From: Anaerolineae bacterium
GTDB taxonomy: Bacteria > Chloroflexota > Anaerolineae > Anaerolineales > E44-bin32
Direction: 5' to 3'
Assembly: GCA_030605795.1 (NCBI GenBank)
Contig: JAUWHR010000045.1
Coordinates: forward strand, 3,665 to 67,664
Length of the DNA: 64,000 nucleotides
In this document: in pieces, positions 28,118 to 37,890 of the stretch
Layout: every line of letters starts with the position of its first letter
Numbering within the stretch: the first letter of the stretch is position 1
The notes under the pieces: generated by a model
What the model was told of the DNA's origin: nothing
Databases searched by the model: none
Seen by the model: only the letters and a program-made list of their open reading frames with translations
Made by a program: the position numbers and the translations under genes

Positions 28118-28343
28118 GGTTGGGGGGAGTTATTGAACCCTATGTTACGTTGAATAATCCTTGCAACTGAACTGTTCTTATCCATTGGATCTGTTCGATC
28201 AATTTACTCATCTTGTGAATCCGGTGTGCTACCAATAGCAGGGTTCGATTTCACCATTTCCCATGTCTAAACGATTTTTTTGTTACGAGTGGCCAGAAGG
28301 GGCTGTGATGTCTCGCGGCCTATAGTCTTTTTGGATAGCATCG

Positions 28344-29324
28344 ATGAAGCTTGAACTAACTCAAGATAGCCGAGCGGCGAGACTGTTGGAATCTCTCGAT
28401 GCTAAGTATTTTCAATTTGCGGATGATCTTCCACCTCCATTTAGAGATATGGCGCTGATGGAAAGCACGATAGTGGGTCAGCCTATCGACGAGCCTTTCC
28501 AGGGTCCATCAAAAATGAACCCTCTCATTGCCTGCACGCCCTGGCTTTTCTGGGAAACGTATTGCGAGTTGGACGATGAGACCTTCCTGTATATTGCTGA
28601 GGCAGGCGCATTTATATCGTTGGCTTCGGTCCTGATGGATCACCTAGTCGATGGGCAGGCCGAGCAGCCAGAAGCCATGGCCCTATTTCAGCGTGCCGTC
28701 TATGATCATGGGGTTGCTGGTTTCCGAGCAATGTTTCCCAAGACATCGACCTTTTGGAGGGATTTCGAACGTTTATCGAGGGAATACTTGACGGCTCTGG
28801 GGGCGGAGATCGATGCTCAGTCTAATCCTGAGCGATTTACTCAACAAGCCTTTTTCGCTTCTGCAGCTGGCAAAGTATCTCCAATTGCGATCACGATCGC
28901 TGCGCTGTCAGAGGCCTCGGGTCAGCCATCCATATTGGAACCAATAGAGATTTCATTTAGACACTCGTTTATAGCCGGTCAGATCCATGACGATGTCCTG
29001 GATTGGCGATCCGATTTCGGAAATCGGCATCTCACCTTCTTTCTGACACGGCTGGCTCCGCCGGAAATATGGCCCGCGGCTGAATGGCCATCGGTTGATG
29101 AGCTTGAAGCGATTAACGACACCAATTGGGTTGATGTCAATTACTTTGATTTAGTTATTGATTATTTTGACCGATGTATTGAAGCCGTTGAGGGCATTCA
29201 ATGTGCGGGTTGGATAGAGTATTTAGTGGAATATAGAGCAGTGGCTGAAGAGCATCAAAAAGCGGCTGTGGCCCGACACCTGCTGCGTGTCCTTGGGCCA
29301 GTCATTCAGCCGCCGAGCGATTAA
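28344..29324 (+). CDS. Divergent polyprenyl-synthase-fold (isoprenoid synthase superfamily) protein, ComQ-like candidate
   Basis: Two Asp-rich motifs at FARM/SARM-like spacing: LMD99HLVD103 and FIAGQIHD216DVLD220. The SARM context matches FQ..DD..D. A GK(V/T) motif lies between them. Confidence 0.6.
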   Translation: MKLELTQDSRAARLLESLDAKYFQFADDLPPPFRDMALMESTIVGQPIDEPFQGPSKMNPLIACTPWLFWETYCELDDETFLYIAEAGAFISLASVLMDHLVDGQAEQPEAMALFQRAVYDHGVAGFRAMFPKTSTFWRDFERLSREYLTALGAEIDAQSNPERFTQQAFFASAAGKVSPIAITIAALSEASGQPSILEPIEISFRHSFIAGQIHDDVLDWRSDFGNRHLTFFLTRLAPPEIWPAAEWPSVDELEAINDTNWVDVNYFDLVIDYFDRCIEAVEGIQCAGWIEYLVEYRAVAEEHQKAAVARHLLRVLGPVIQPPSD

Positions 29325-29421
29325 TCAGCCCTTGATGTTGGCTCGTACAATAAGGAAAACGGCGCCTGGATCACGGCGCCGGTCTAGTTGATTAGGAAAA
29401 CCCTGTTTAATAAAACCTCTT

Positions 29422-29646
29422 CTATATCCCACAAGATGAGCAATTTTGACTAGTGCAAGCTGAGCAGGCAACCCCTGCTCCAGCTACGATACGGCCGTCG
29501 CTGTGAGCGGAGAAGAGCGAGATCGTGCGCGAGGTGTGATCGCTATCGCAATCCTCGCAGCGGATAGGGGTGTCAGCGTCGCGCATAGAGCGAAGTGCAT
29601 CGAATTGAGTCTCGCAATCCAGGCAGACATACTCATAAATAGGCAT
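29422..29646 (-). CDS. FmdB-family zinc-ribbon protein
   Basis: MPIYEYVC..C...F.......D....C..C N-terminal CxxC...CxxC signature of the FmdB/CxxC_CxxC_SSSS family. Confidence 0.8.
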   Translation of the reverse strand: MPIYEYVCLDCETQFDALRSMRDADTPIRCEDCDSDHTSRTISLFSAHSDGRIVAGAGVACSACTSQNCSSCGI

Positions 29647-29787
29647 GGGTATCCTTGGTATTATCTATTCGATATTTAATTCTATCGCTTGAGGAACCAG
29701 CGGTCAATGGGATGGTTGTTGGCGGGTATATATCAGGGTGTCCAAGCACAAGTGAGTTCCACCCATTCCGGCGTCTGTTTCTCTACT

Positions 29788-30708
29788 TCATTCTATACGT
29801 TGTATCTTGAACCGGTCAAAATCTCTTGCAACGGTGACATTAGGGAAGATTGCGCTAGCTTCTTCACGAACCTCCCTTTCCCGGTAGCGGCGTGAGATAT
29901 GGGTCAAGTAGAGGTGCCCCACTCCGGCTTGGAGGGCAAGCTCAGCGGCTTGGCGGGCGGTAAGATGGCCGAACGTGCGTGCTAGGTCGGCTTCAGGCTC
30001 TAGGTAAGTCGCTTCGATGATCAACCCATCAGCTTGACGGCATATCTCGACCAGGTTTTCCGTGCGACCACAGTCCCCAACATGAACCAAGCGGGTGCCG
30101 CGGCGGGGTGGACCCAGGATGTCGTCAGGTGTTATGATCCGACCATCCGGCAGGGTCACCTGATTTCCGTTCACCAACTCGCGCCGGATAGGCCCAGTGG
30201 GAACCCCGAGTTCTTCAGCGCGCTCGGGGAGAAACGGGCGGTGGGGAAGTTCCTCAAATATGAAACCAAAGCAACCCGAACCGCGATGTATTACGGGGAA
30301 GGTTGAGAGCCGTAGGCCATCTTCCTCAACAAGAAGGCCGGACTTGATGGGCTTCATATGAATCTCCATTGGGGGGCGTGCGCCGCGTAAAACGACTCCA
30401 AACAATAAGTCACGAATGCGCTCCATCGCCCAATCGCCGGCCCAAATTTCTAGTTGGTCGATCGCTTCCCAGCGGGAGAATGTTGATATCAATCCAGCTA
30501 AACCGAGGATGTGGTCCAGGTGGCCATGGGTGATGAAAATTCGATTTAGACGACGGAAACCAATGCCTGATTGTAAGATCTGCCGTTGGGTACCTTCACC
30601 ACAGTCGATTAAGAAGCGGTGGTTGCGATAGCTGACCACCTGTGCGGTGAGACCTCGGTGGATGGAGGGTGCTGAAGCAGAAGTACCTAAAAAAATTATT
30701 TCGAACAA
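29788..30708 (-). CDS. rnz: Ribonuclease Z (metallo-beta-lactamase fold)
   Basis: FLGTSASAPS..R......V.......FLIDCGEGTQRQ and ITHGHLDHILGL (HxHxDH motif). 306 aa. Confidence 0.85.
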   Translation of the reverse strand: MFEIIFLGTSASAPSIHRGLTAQVVSYRNHRFLIDCGEGTQRQILQSGIGFRRLNRIFITHGHLDHILGLAGLISTFSRWEAIDQLEIWAGDWAMERIRDLLFGVVLRGARPPMEIHMKPIKSGLLVEEDGLRLSTFPVIHRGSGCFGFIFEELPHRPFLPERAEELGVPTGPIRRELVNGNQVTLPDGRIITPDDILGPPRRGTRLVHVGDCGRTENLVEICRQADGLIIEATYLEPEADLARTFGHLTARQAAELALQAGVGHLYLTHISRRYREREVREEASAIFPNVTVARDFDRFKIQRIE

Positions 30709-30780
30709 AGGGATCCCCGGTTTGATATGAGTCCAGCCAAGCGGCCGGGTGGTTCATTGTACCTTAAACACCGAGGTTCA

Positions 30781-31242
30781 TCAGGTGGAGCGAGGAGTTG
30801 TGTACCAGGAGGCAGCACCTGCCAGGCTCGCAGCCGCGGCGACAAGGGTCGGAACCAGCGCCTGGGTGGTCAGAGATAAGCTGAAACCCCAAAGGGCGGA
30901 TAGGGCCATCGTGGCAGCGAAATATCGGTGTCTGAAGGCGCGTTGCCAGACAACCTTTGGGATCCAGATAGGTTGGATGGCGCTCAGAGCGGCTACGGTC
31001 AGTCCCGTTCCCATCAGAATAAGGCGACCCAGGAGCGACCATTCCGGGTAGCTAAGGACCAGGATTGAAGCCGGAAGGAAGAGCAACAAACCGTGCGCAG
31101 CTGCCAAATCACGGTCGAGTGTTTGGCGGTGGATGGGCCAAGTGTGCCTAAGTAAAACGCCCATGACGCCACTGAATCCGAGGTAAAGCGCCGAAACGCC
31201 AAGCCACAAAGTTATATTTAAGAGCAACATTGCAACCCTCAT
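30781..31242 (-). CDS. Hypothetical polytopic membrane protein
   Basis: 153 aa with 4-5 hydrophobic helices. Same strand as rnz, directly upstream of it. No recognisable motif. Confidence 0.45.
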   Translation of the reverse strand: MRVAMLLLNITLWLGVSALYLGFSGVMGVLLRHTWPIHRQTLDRDLAAAHGLLLFLPASILVLSYPEWSLLGRLILMGTGLTVAALSAIQPIWIPKVVWQRAFRHRYFAATMALSALWGFSLSLTTQALVPTLVAAAASLAGAASWYTTPRST

Positions 31243-31337
31243 AGATCAAGTCCGAGATCGACTTAGGGTGTGCAAGTTGTGTGCCTAAGCGGGGTTATAT
31301 AAATCCAGGTTTGTTTGAGTGATCGTGGCGATATCTT

Positions 31338-32429
31338 TTAGGTTTCAGGTTGTGGCGGTGTAGGTGTTGGCGTTTCGGTTGGCGTCCCCTCCGGGGTGAA
31401 CTCTCCAGTCGAGGTTCCCTCAAGCGTTGGGGTTTCGGTGGGTTCGGGCGGAGGCGGTGGGGGGGCAGTAGCTGTCTCGCAAGCTATAGCTGCCTCGGTC
31501 GCAGTAGGCGCCTGGGTGCCGTTCTCCCAGGCGGATAAAGACCTATCATATTGGTCTTTCGCTCCGCAGGGGTCATCGGCTGCCCATAGTTGGTCGCCGT
31601 ACTTCCAGGCTGCTTCGGCGTATTTGGGGCAGGAGTCCAGGGTGGCCCCCTGCTGGCAAAGAGGATTGAACAATTCGGCCGCTCGGGACCAGTTCAATCC
31701 GAAGAAGCTGTTGGCCCACAGATATTGCTCCGCCAACGTACGCCGGAATCCGGCTTCCCGATCCAGTGGCCCAAAGCGCTCGGCAAGGCTGAGGTCATAA
31801 AGCCCTTCTTCCATCTGGCCTTGGGCGATAAGCTCCATCCCTCGGTTGCGAAGGGCGATGTACATCATTCCGTCCGCTTCGACCGAGCGATAGGATGGAT
31901 CCTTTGAACGCAGGGTCAGCAACTTGTTGATCACGGTGGTCCAGTCGCTATTGGCGAGAGCTGTGCGGGCTTGGTCGAAGAGTTCCTCTGGTGGCGCCGG
32001 GTCAGGCGTCATCGTCGGTCTTGGGGTGGGGGTAACAGTCGGAACATTTAACGCCAGGTAGATTTCGATGAGTATTTCTTCAGCGCCAGGGAAATTTGGA
32101 TCATAGCGCACGATGGCTTCGAACCGCTGTCTGGCCAACTCGTATTGTCCTGCGTCAAGATCTCGAAGTCCCAATTCAAACTGTTCTTGCAGGAATTGAG
32201 CAACTTGATCCTGACTTTGTACCAGATTGGCTCGACGGCCTTGAGTGAAAGCCAATAGGCCTACCACTAGGATAGCTACCAGGTAGAGAAGGACGAACCA
32301 CAGCCATCGCCGCCGTGATAATCTTCGAGGAGTGGGTTCCGCATCTGGGATGGCGGTGATGGGTTGGGAAGTAGCCTTGATAGGTTGGGTATCATCAGGT
32401 GTGCCGGATGGTGGTTGACCTGAAAGCAT
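31338..32429 (-). CDS. Single-pass membrane protein with TPR-like ectodomain and Pro/Thr-rich C-terminus
   Basis: Basic N-terminus plus a TM helix (RRRWLWFVLLYLVAILVVGLL). Helical repeat region. C-terminal PPPPPPEPTETPT...TPTPTPPQPET. Confidence 0.6.
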   Translation of the reverse strand: MLSGQPPSGTPDDTQPIKATSQPITAIPDAEPTPRRLSRRRWLWFVLLYLVAILVVGLLAFTQGRRANLVQSQDQVAQFLQEQFELGLRDLDAGQYELARQRFEAIVRYDPNFPGAEEILIEIYLALNVPTVTPTPRPTMTPDPAPPEELFDQARTALANSDWTTVINKLLTLRSKDPSYRSVEADGMMYIALRNRGMELIAQGQMEEGLYDLSLAERFGPLDREAGFRRTLAEQYLWANSFFGLNWSRAAELFNPLCQQGATLDSCPKYAEAAWKYGDQLWAADDPCGAKDQYDRSLSAWENGTQAPTATEAAIACETATAPPPPPPEPTETPTLEGTSTGEFTPEGTPTETPTPTPPQPET

Positions 32430-32526
32430 GGGGGGGATTATACCCTAATTGCTGTTCTTGACGGTGGTTGGGATGGGGTGGTAAGATGCAGTGCTCTCCC
32501 CTTTGTGATTAGATTTATTAAATACG

Positions 32527-33798
32527 ATGTATCTCAGCGGCAGTAAGTGGAATTTGCGTAAGAAGCGACGGCGCTCCAACCCCTGGCGCGTACTTCTACT
32601 TCTGATTCTGATTGCTCTGGCTGTTTATCTATGGCAGTTTTATGTTCCCACTGTGCCGCCGCTTTTTATCCCCACCCCTACACCGACCCGCAGCCCAGCT
32701 TCATTCGTGCTTGAGGCTGAGAGCCTGTTCCAGGCTGGCAAGTTAGACCAGGCAGAGGCATCCTATTTAAAAGCGATCGCGGTTAATCCAAGAGAGGCAG
32801 CATACTATATCGAGTTGGCCCGGGTGCGGGTATTCGCCGGGAAGTATGAGCAGGCTGAGATTGCAGCACGCGACGCTTTGGTGATTGACACTGACTCCCC
32901 TCTGGCACATGCGGTGCTCGGTTGGTCGCTTGACTTTCGGGCGAGTCAGGTGCAGGAGCTTACAATTAAATATGAGCTTCTTGGCGATGCGCTGGACGAA
33001 GTCGAAAAGGCAATGAAGCTAAACCCCGACTCAGCTTTGATTCGCGCTTATTATGCCGAAATATTAATCGATAACGACAACACCAGGTATGAGCAGGCGC
33101 TCGGCGAGGCTCAACTTGCAGTGCAAATGGACCCGGACTTGCTGGAAGCTCAACGGGCGTTAGGCTATGTATGGGAGCTGACCGGTAACCGTCAACAGGC
33201 TCTCGAAGCCTATCAAGCAGCTATGCAAATCAATCCCAATCTCCCGAGGTTGCATATCGATATTGGGAATATGCTGCGAGCCCTGGGGGACGTAGATGGT
33301 GCACGCGCCAGTTATCTAAACGCGATCGCCCTCGCCCCGACCAACACCGAGCCGCTCACACTTATTGCCCAGCTCTATGCCGGAACTGGGGAGTTTGGTA
33401 AGGCAAGCCAATTTGCGAAAGACGCAGTGGATTTGGATCCCTCCAATCCCCGCCTGCACGGCAATCTGGGTCGGATGTACTACCATAACAATGTCTATGA
33501 CGAGGCGATTATCCAATTGGAGCTTGCGATCCGGGGAGGGCCGGCGGAGGATGGTGTTTGGGTTGATGGGCTTCCTTTGAACCCTGCCGATGGTCGGATA
33601 GTCGAGTTCTACTACACATACGGGCTGGCTTTGGCCAAGCAAGGTCGGTGCGAGGAAGCGGTACCGATATTTGAGGCGTTGCTGCGTGGTGTGCCAGAGG
33701 ACGAGATCGCGGTCTTCAACGCCCAAGAAGGTTTGATTCTGTGTAGCCAACTCGAGCCTACCCCTACGCCCGAGGGCACGGCCAGTCCTTCTCCATGA
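32527..33798 (+). CDS. Membrane-anchored TPR repeat protein
   Basis: RKKRRRSNPWRVLLLLILIALAVYLW anchor, PTPTPTRSP linker, then more than 8 TPR-like units (A..Y..AI..NP....Y..LA). Confidence 0.7.
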   Translation: MYLSGSKWNLRKKRRRSNPWRVLLLLILIALAVYLWQFYVPTVPPLFIPTPTPTRSPASFVLEAESLFQAGKLDQAEASYLKAIAVNPREAAYYIELARVRVFAGKYEQAEIAARDALVIDTDSPLAHAVLGWSLDFRASQVQELTIKYELLGDALDEVEKAMKLNPDSALIRAYYAEILIDNDNTRYEQALGEAQLAVQMDPDLLEAQRALGYVWELTGNRQQALEAYQAAMQINPNLPRLHIDIGNMLRALGDVDGARASYLNAIALAPTNTEPLTLIAQLYAGTGEFGKASQFAKDAVDLDPSNPRLHGNLGRMYYHNNVYDEAIIQLELAIRGGPAEDGVWVDGLPLNPADGRIVEFYYTYGLALAKQGRCEEAVPIFEALLRGVPEDEIAVFNAQEGLILCSQLEPTPTPEGTASPSP

Positions 33799-33819
33799 TA
33801 GCCTAAATGTGAGTATGCG

Positions 33820-35475
33820 ATGCGGTTGACAGGTGAACGACTGCGTCTGAGTCGGAATGGGAAACATTCCAATCCTTGGCGCATTTTGATCTATATAATC
33901 CTTATTGCTGGTGGTGTGTTGCTTCTCCAGTTGGAGAAGGTCGGTCAGGTGCAGCCTCTTTTCCTACCTGCTCCCGGACCGACTCGGAGCGCGCAATCTT
34001 ATGCTGGGGAAGGGGAAGTTCACTTCTCAGCTGGGGACCTGGAGAAAGCCATTGGGGCCTATAAACTTGCCGCTTCCATCGAACCAGACAATGTTGATTT
34101 GTGGTACAAGTTGGCGCGCATCCAGACCTATTCCAGCGATCTACTCACCACGCTCGAGGCTCGCAGGACCCGCCTAGCTGAGGCCAGGGAGTCCATCGAG
34201 CGGGCGATCGAGGTTGATCCCGAAAACACCACCGCCTATGCCATCCGTGCCCTGGTCTACGATTGGTCCGCCACTGCTGAATTAAAAGACTCGATCTGGG
34301 TTGGGGATGTTGTCAGGATACAAGCCGTCATCGATGAGGGCGGTGGGTTAACGGCGCGGATCATCGAGTTGGCTGACAGCGCTGAGCTAGGTGAGAGCAT
34401 GACGGAACAGGAGACGATGTATATCTTCTCCGGGGTAGTAGAGGACATCAGCCAAGACGCGTGGCGAGTGAACGGACGGACGGTTATCAGGAACTCCCAG
34501 ACCTTGATCCGAGACCCGAATAGGCGGGAGGAGTTTCTGACCGAAGCTGAAGCCTCTGCCACACAAGCTCAGCGATTGGACCCGAATAATAACCTTGCGC
34601 TGGCCTTTTACGCGGAGGTCCTAGTCGACATGCAGAAGTTTGCCCAGGCGCTCGATTTATCTCAGCGAGCAGCGGAGGTGGTGGATCAGGCTGGAGATCA
34701 ATACGAATACAGCATGGATATCTACCGTGTATACGGTACCGTTCTCGAGAATCACGGTTACTACTTGCGGGCGATCGAAGAGTATCAGAAAGCGGAGCGA
34801 TTGAGCCCCAACCTTACCTTTCTCTCGCTGAGTATTGGGGCTAATTTTCGACGACTTCGGGATGTTGGGAGAGCTCTCGAGTACTTTGATAAGGCGGCGC
34901 AAATTAACCACCAACTTGGGATAATGGATCCCACACCTTACTTGGCTATTGGCAAGACCTACCAGCAGCAGGGGGAATTTTTCATCGCGGCGATCAACAT
35001 CGAACGTGCCCTGGCCATCGACCCAGGGAACCCCGACATCTACGGTCGGCTGGGCATTGCTTACTTTCAAGCCCGTAATTGGGAGAGCGCAATGGCGATT
35101 TTGAAATGCGCCGTCAGAGGTTGCACAGTCGAGGAGAGCCGAGAATCCTTATGCAGGTTCGTCTATCGGTCTGATGATTTAGAGTGTGAAGAGGGGCAGA
35201 AATTTGACCAGGGGGTACGAGGGCTCGAGCTAGGCTCTAACAGCCTGGAGTATTACTATACCTATGGTTCCGTGCTAGCGGCCTATAATGGCCATGAAGA
35301 CTACCCTAACGTTTGCTCTGAGGCTGAGGATGTCTTCGATGAGCTGATGGCTCAATATGGCGATGATCCTATCGTGTCGGCAATTGTGATCGAGGGGCGG
35401 GCGATTTGCGCCAGCCCGGGCTCAACCCCTGATCTTCTCTCAACCCCCACCCCGTTTCCTGACGAATCCTCTTGA
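33820..35475 (+). CDS. Membrane-anchored TPR repeat protein
   Basis: Same architecture as 32527-33798: SNPWRILIYIILIAGGVLLL anchor, TPR units, and a C-terminal STPTPFPDESS. Confidence 0.7.
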   Translation: MRLTGERLRLSRNGKHSNPWRILIYIILIAGGVLLLQLEKVGQVQPLFLPAPGPTRSAQSYAGEGEVHFSAGDLEKAIGAYKLAASIEPDNVDLWYKLARIQTYSSDLLTTLEARRTRLAEARESIERAIEVDPENTTAYAIRALVYDWSATAELKDSIWVGDVVRIQAVIDEGGGLTARIIELADSAELGESMTEQETMYIFSGVVEDISQDAWRVNGRTVIRNSQTLIRDPNRREEFLTEAEASATQAQRLDPNNNLALAFYAEVLVDMQKFAQALDLSQRAAEVVDQAGDQYEYSMDIYRVYGTVLENHGYYLRAIEEYQKAERLSPNLTFLSLSIGANFRRLRDVGRALEYFDKAAQINHQLGIMDPTPYLAIGKTYQQQGEFFIAAINIERALAIDPGNPDIYGRLGIAYFQARNWESAMAILKCAVRGCTVEESRESLCRFVYRSDDLECEEGQKFDQGVRGLELGSNSLEYYYTYGSVLAAYNGHEDYPNVCSEAEDVFDELMAQYGDDPIVSAIVIEGRAICASPGSTPDLLSTPTPFPDESS

Positions 35476-35500
35476 CATGCTCCCTGCTTTTAGGTAAACT
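35472..35500 (+). promoter_or_regulatory. Sigma-70-type promoter of groES-groEL
   Basis: TTGACA (35472-35477), 17-nt spacer, TAAACT (35495-35500), immediately upstream of CIRCE. Confidence 0.6.
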
Positions 35501-35511
35501 TGCGGAGCAAT

Positions 35512-35538
35512 TTAGCACTCACGAGTGGAGAGTGCTAA
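35512..35538 (+). promoter_or_regulatory. CIRCE operator (HrcA binding site)
   Basis: Perfect TTAGCACTC-N9-GAGTGCTAA, 52 nt upstream of the groES start. Confidence 0.92.
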
Positions 35539-35589
35539 ATTGCAATGCATATCCGAATTGTATCAATCTAATGTATGAGGAGGGTCCGA

Positions 35590-35886
35590 ATGTCACTCAA
35601 GCTCAAACCGTTAGCCGATCGACTGGTTGTCAAACCTCTTGAAGGGGAGGAAGTGACGCCGAGCGGCATCGTGCTGCCCGAAACGGCGAAGGAAAAGCCA
35701 CAGAAGGGTGAAGTTTTGGCTGTGGGACCGGGCGCCCGCAACGATGAAGGCGAGCGGGTTGCCATGGATGTGTCTGTTGGGGATAAAGTCCTATTCGCCA
35801 AGTATGGAGGGACTGAGATCAAAATCGATGACGACAAGCTGCTCATCCTACGGGAGAGCGACATCTTGGCAATCATTGAGGACTGA
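35590..35886 (+). CDS. groES: Co-chaperonin GroES
   Basis: LKPL.DR.VVK..E.E..T.SGI.LP..AKEKPQ.GEV.AVG.G. SD GAGGAGG before ATG 35590. Confidence 0.93.
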   Translation: MSLKLKPLADRLVVKPLEGEEVTPSGIVLPETAKEKPQKGEVLAVGPGARNDEGERVAMDVSVGDKVLFAKYGGTEIKIDDDKLLILRESDILAIIED

Positions 35887-35953
35887 TGTCGCCAGTATTT
35901 AGACCATTGAAACCTGAGAGAATTATAAAAAACTTATTAGGAGCAAGTGAGCA

Positions 35954-37585
35954 ATGACTGCAAAGCAACTCGCATTCTCAGAGGATGCACGGAGGCGCCT
36001 AAAAGCTGGCGTCGATATACTAGCCACTGCAGTGGCTACTACTCTCGGCCCGAAAGGCCGCAACGTGGCTCTCGACCGCAAGTTCGGTTCCCCCACTATT
36101 ACCCATGATGGCGTGACGGTGGCGAAAGAGATCGAATTAGAAGACCCATTTGAGAACATGGGAGCTCAACTGCTTAAGGAGGCTGCCACTAAGACCAATG
36201 ACATCGCCGGAGACGGCACAACCACCTCAACCGTGTTAGCCCATGCTATCGTGACCAACGGTATAAAAAGCTTGGCTGCAGGCTCCAATCCAATGCTGCT
36301 CAAACGCGGCATCGAGGCGGCTGCTAAGGCTGCTTCTGAGGCCATCGACAAGCAGTCAATTGAAGTCACTACCAAGGAGGAGATCGCCTCGGTTGCCGCC
36401 ATCTCCGCCCAGGACCGCGAAATCGGCGAATTGATCGCTGAGGTGATGGACAAGGTCGGCAAAGACGGGGTGATCACGGTCGAGGAGTCCAAGGGATTGG
36501 AATTCGAGACGGAATACGTCGAAGGCATGCAATTTGACCGTGGCTATATCTCACCATACTTCGTCACCGATCCGGAGCAAATGGAGGCGGTGATCGAGGA
36601 ACCGTACGTCTTGATCCACGATAAGAAGATTTCAGCCGCGACCGACATCGTACCCATTCTGGAAAAATTGGTTCAGGTCGGCAAGCGCGAGCTCGTCGTG
36701 ATCGCTGAGGATATTGACGGCGAAGCGCTGGCGACTCTGGTCCTCAACAAGCTGCGCGGCATGCTCAACGTGGTGGCGGTTAAGGCTCCTGGTTTCGGCG
36801 ACCGCCGTAAGGCTATGCTGCAGGACATCGCCATCTTAACCGGTGGCACGGTCATCACAGAGGAATTGGGTCGCAAACTAGAGTCGGTCACCATCAACGA
36901 CTTGGGTAAGGCTGGCAAAGTGGTGGTCAATAAAGAAGACACCACCATTATCGAGGGTTCGGGTAAAACCGAGCGTATCAAGGGTCGAATCGAGGAGATC
37001 AAGGTTGAAATCGATCGATCGACCAGCGATTACGACACGGAAAAGCTCCAAGAGCGGCTGGCGAAGCTCGCCGGCGGCGTGGCTGTGATCGGAGTCGGCG
37101 CAGCTACTGAGACCGAGCTCAAGGAGAAGAAGCACCGCGTCGAGGATGCCCTCTCAGCCACACGAGCGGCCGTCGAGGAGGGCATTGTCCCTGGGGGTGG
37201 CGTGGCGCTGATTAATGCCTTAAAATCGATGAAGAAGCTCAAGATGGACGATGATGATGCGAATATTGGCGTCAAAATCGTGCGCGAGGCTCTCGAGATG
37301 CCAATGCGGGGCATCGTTGAGAACGCCGGTAAGGACGGCGCAGTAGTAATTGAGACGGTCCGCCGCAAGCAGATCGAGGAGAAGAACAAGAATATCGGCT
37401 TCGATGTGCTCAAAGAGGAGTACGTTGATATGTTGGAGGCGGGGATAGTCGATCCGGCCAAGGTCACCAAGGGTGCTCTACAGAATGCCGCATCAATCGC
37501 GGCTATGATACTGACCACTGAGGCGCTGATCACTGACATACCCGAGCCTGAAGCGTCCCCTATGCCGCCAATGCCCCAATACTAG
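35954..37585 (+). CDS. groEL: Chaperonin GroEL
   Basis: [36 protein letters not shown], and a C-terminal Met/Pro-rich tail. Confidence 0.97.
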   Translation: MTAKQLAFSEDARRRLKAGVDILATAVATTLGPKGRNVALDRKFGSPTITHDGVTVAKEIELEDPFENMGAQLLKEAATKTNDIAGDGTTTSTVLAHAIVTNGIKSLAAGSNPMLLKRGIEAAAKAASEAIDKQSIEVTTKEEIASVAAISAQDREIGELIAEVMDKVGKDGVITVEESKGLEFETEYVEGMQFDRGYISPYFVTDPEQMEAVIEEPYVLIHDKKISAATDIVPILEKLVQVGKRELVVIAEDIDGEALATLVLNKLRGMLNVVAVKAPGFGDRRKAMLQDIAILTGGTVITEELGRKLESVTINDLGKAGKVVVNKEDTTIIEGSGKTERIKGRIEEIKVEIDRSTSDYDTEKLQERLAKLAGGVAVIGVGAATETELKEKKHRVEDALSATRAAVEEGIVPGGGVALINALKSMKKLKMDDDDANIGVKIVREALEMPMRGIVENAGKDGAVVIETVRRKQIEEKNKNIGFDVLKEEYVDMLEAGIVDPAKVTKGALQNAASIAAMILTTEALITDIPEPEASPMPPMPQY

Positions 37586-37607
37586 TAACTGGCGGTAGGA
37601 GTGTGAG

Positions 37608-37641
37608 ATCAGCCCCTCGGTTTGGAGGGGCTGATTTGATT
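37608..37641 (+). terminator. Rho-independent terminator after groEL
   Basis: ATCAGCCCCTC-GGTTTG-GAGGGGCTGAT followed by TTGATT. Confidence 0.7.
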
Positions 37642-37710
37642 CCTATCGGATTGCGACCAGTTTGCTGTCACGCTATCTGGCACAAGCAACGGCATAATTG
37701 GTGAAGGGTC

Positions 37711-37890
37711 TCAGATATACCTAGTGACGATGAACCATACGATCGCCGCAATCGCCAAGAGAGAGATGCATCCGCAGGTGAAAAAGCGGGTTGTAAACCG
37801 GAGCAAGAACTTTAGAACAATCCAGATGATCCCCAGGCCCACTAAGATCAGAGCAGCGTGTAGAAGATTAAAGCCATCCGGAAGAGCCAT
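37711..37890 (-). CDS. Small (59 aa) two-TM membrane protein, absent from the ORF track
   Basis: The ATG is preceded by GAGGAGG at a 5-nt spacing. Translation: MALPDGFNLLHAALILVGLGIIWIVLKFLLRFTTRFFTCGCISLLAIAAIVWFIVTRYI. Confidence 0.5.
   Translation of the reverse strand: MALPDGFNLLHAALILVGLGIIWIVLKFLLRFTTRFFTCGCISLLAIAAIVWFIVTRYI

Noticed and set aside
28262-28324. A 20-codon ORF (MSKRFFCYEWPEGAVMSRGL) between the peptide gene and the enzyme gene, considered as a second precursor
   Set aside because: It has no Shine-Dalgarno sequence and no leader-like region. It is too short to distinguish from chance.
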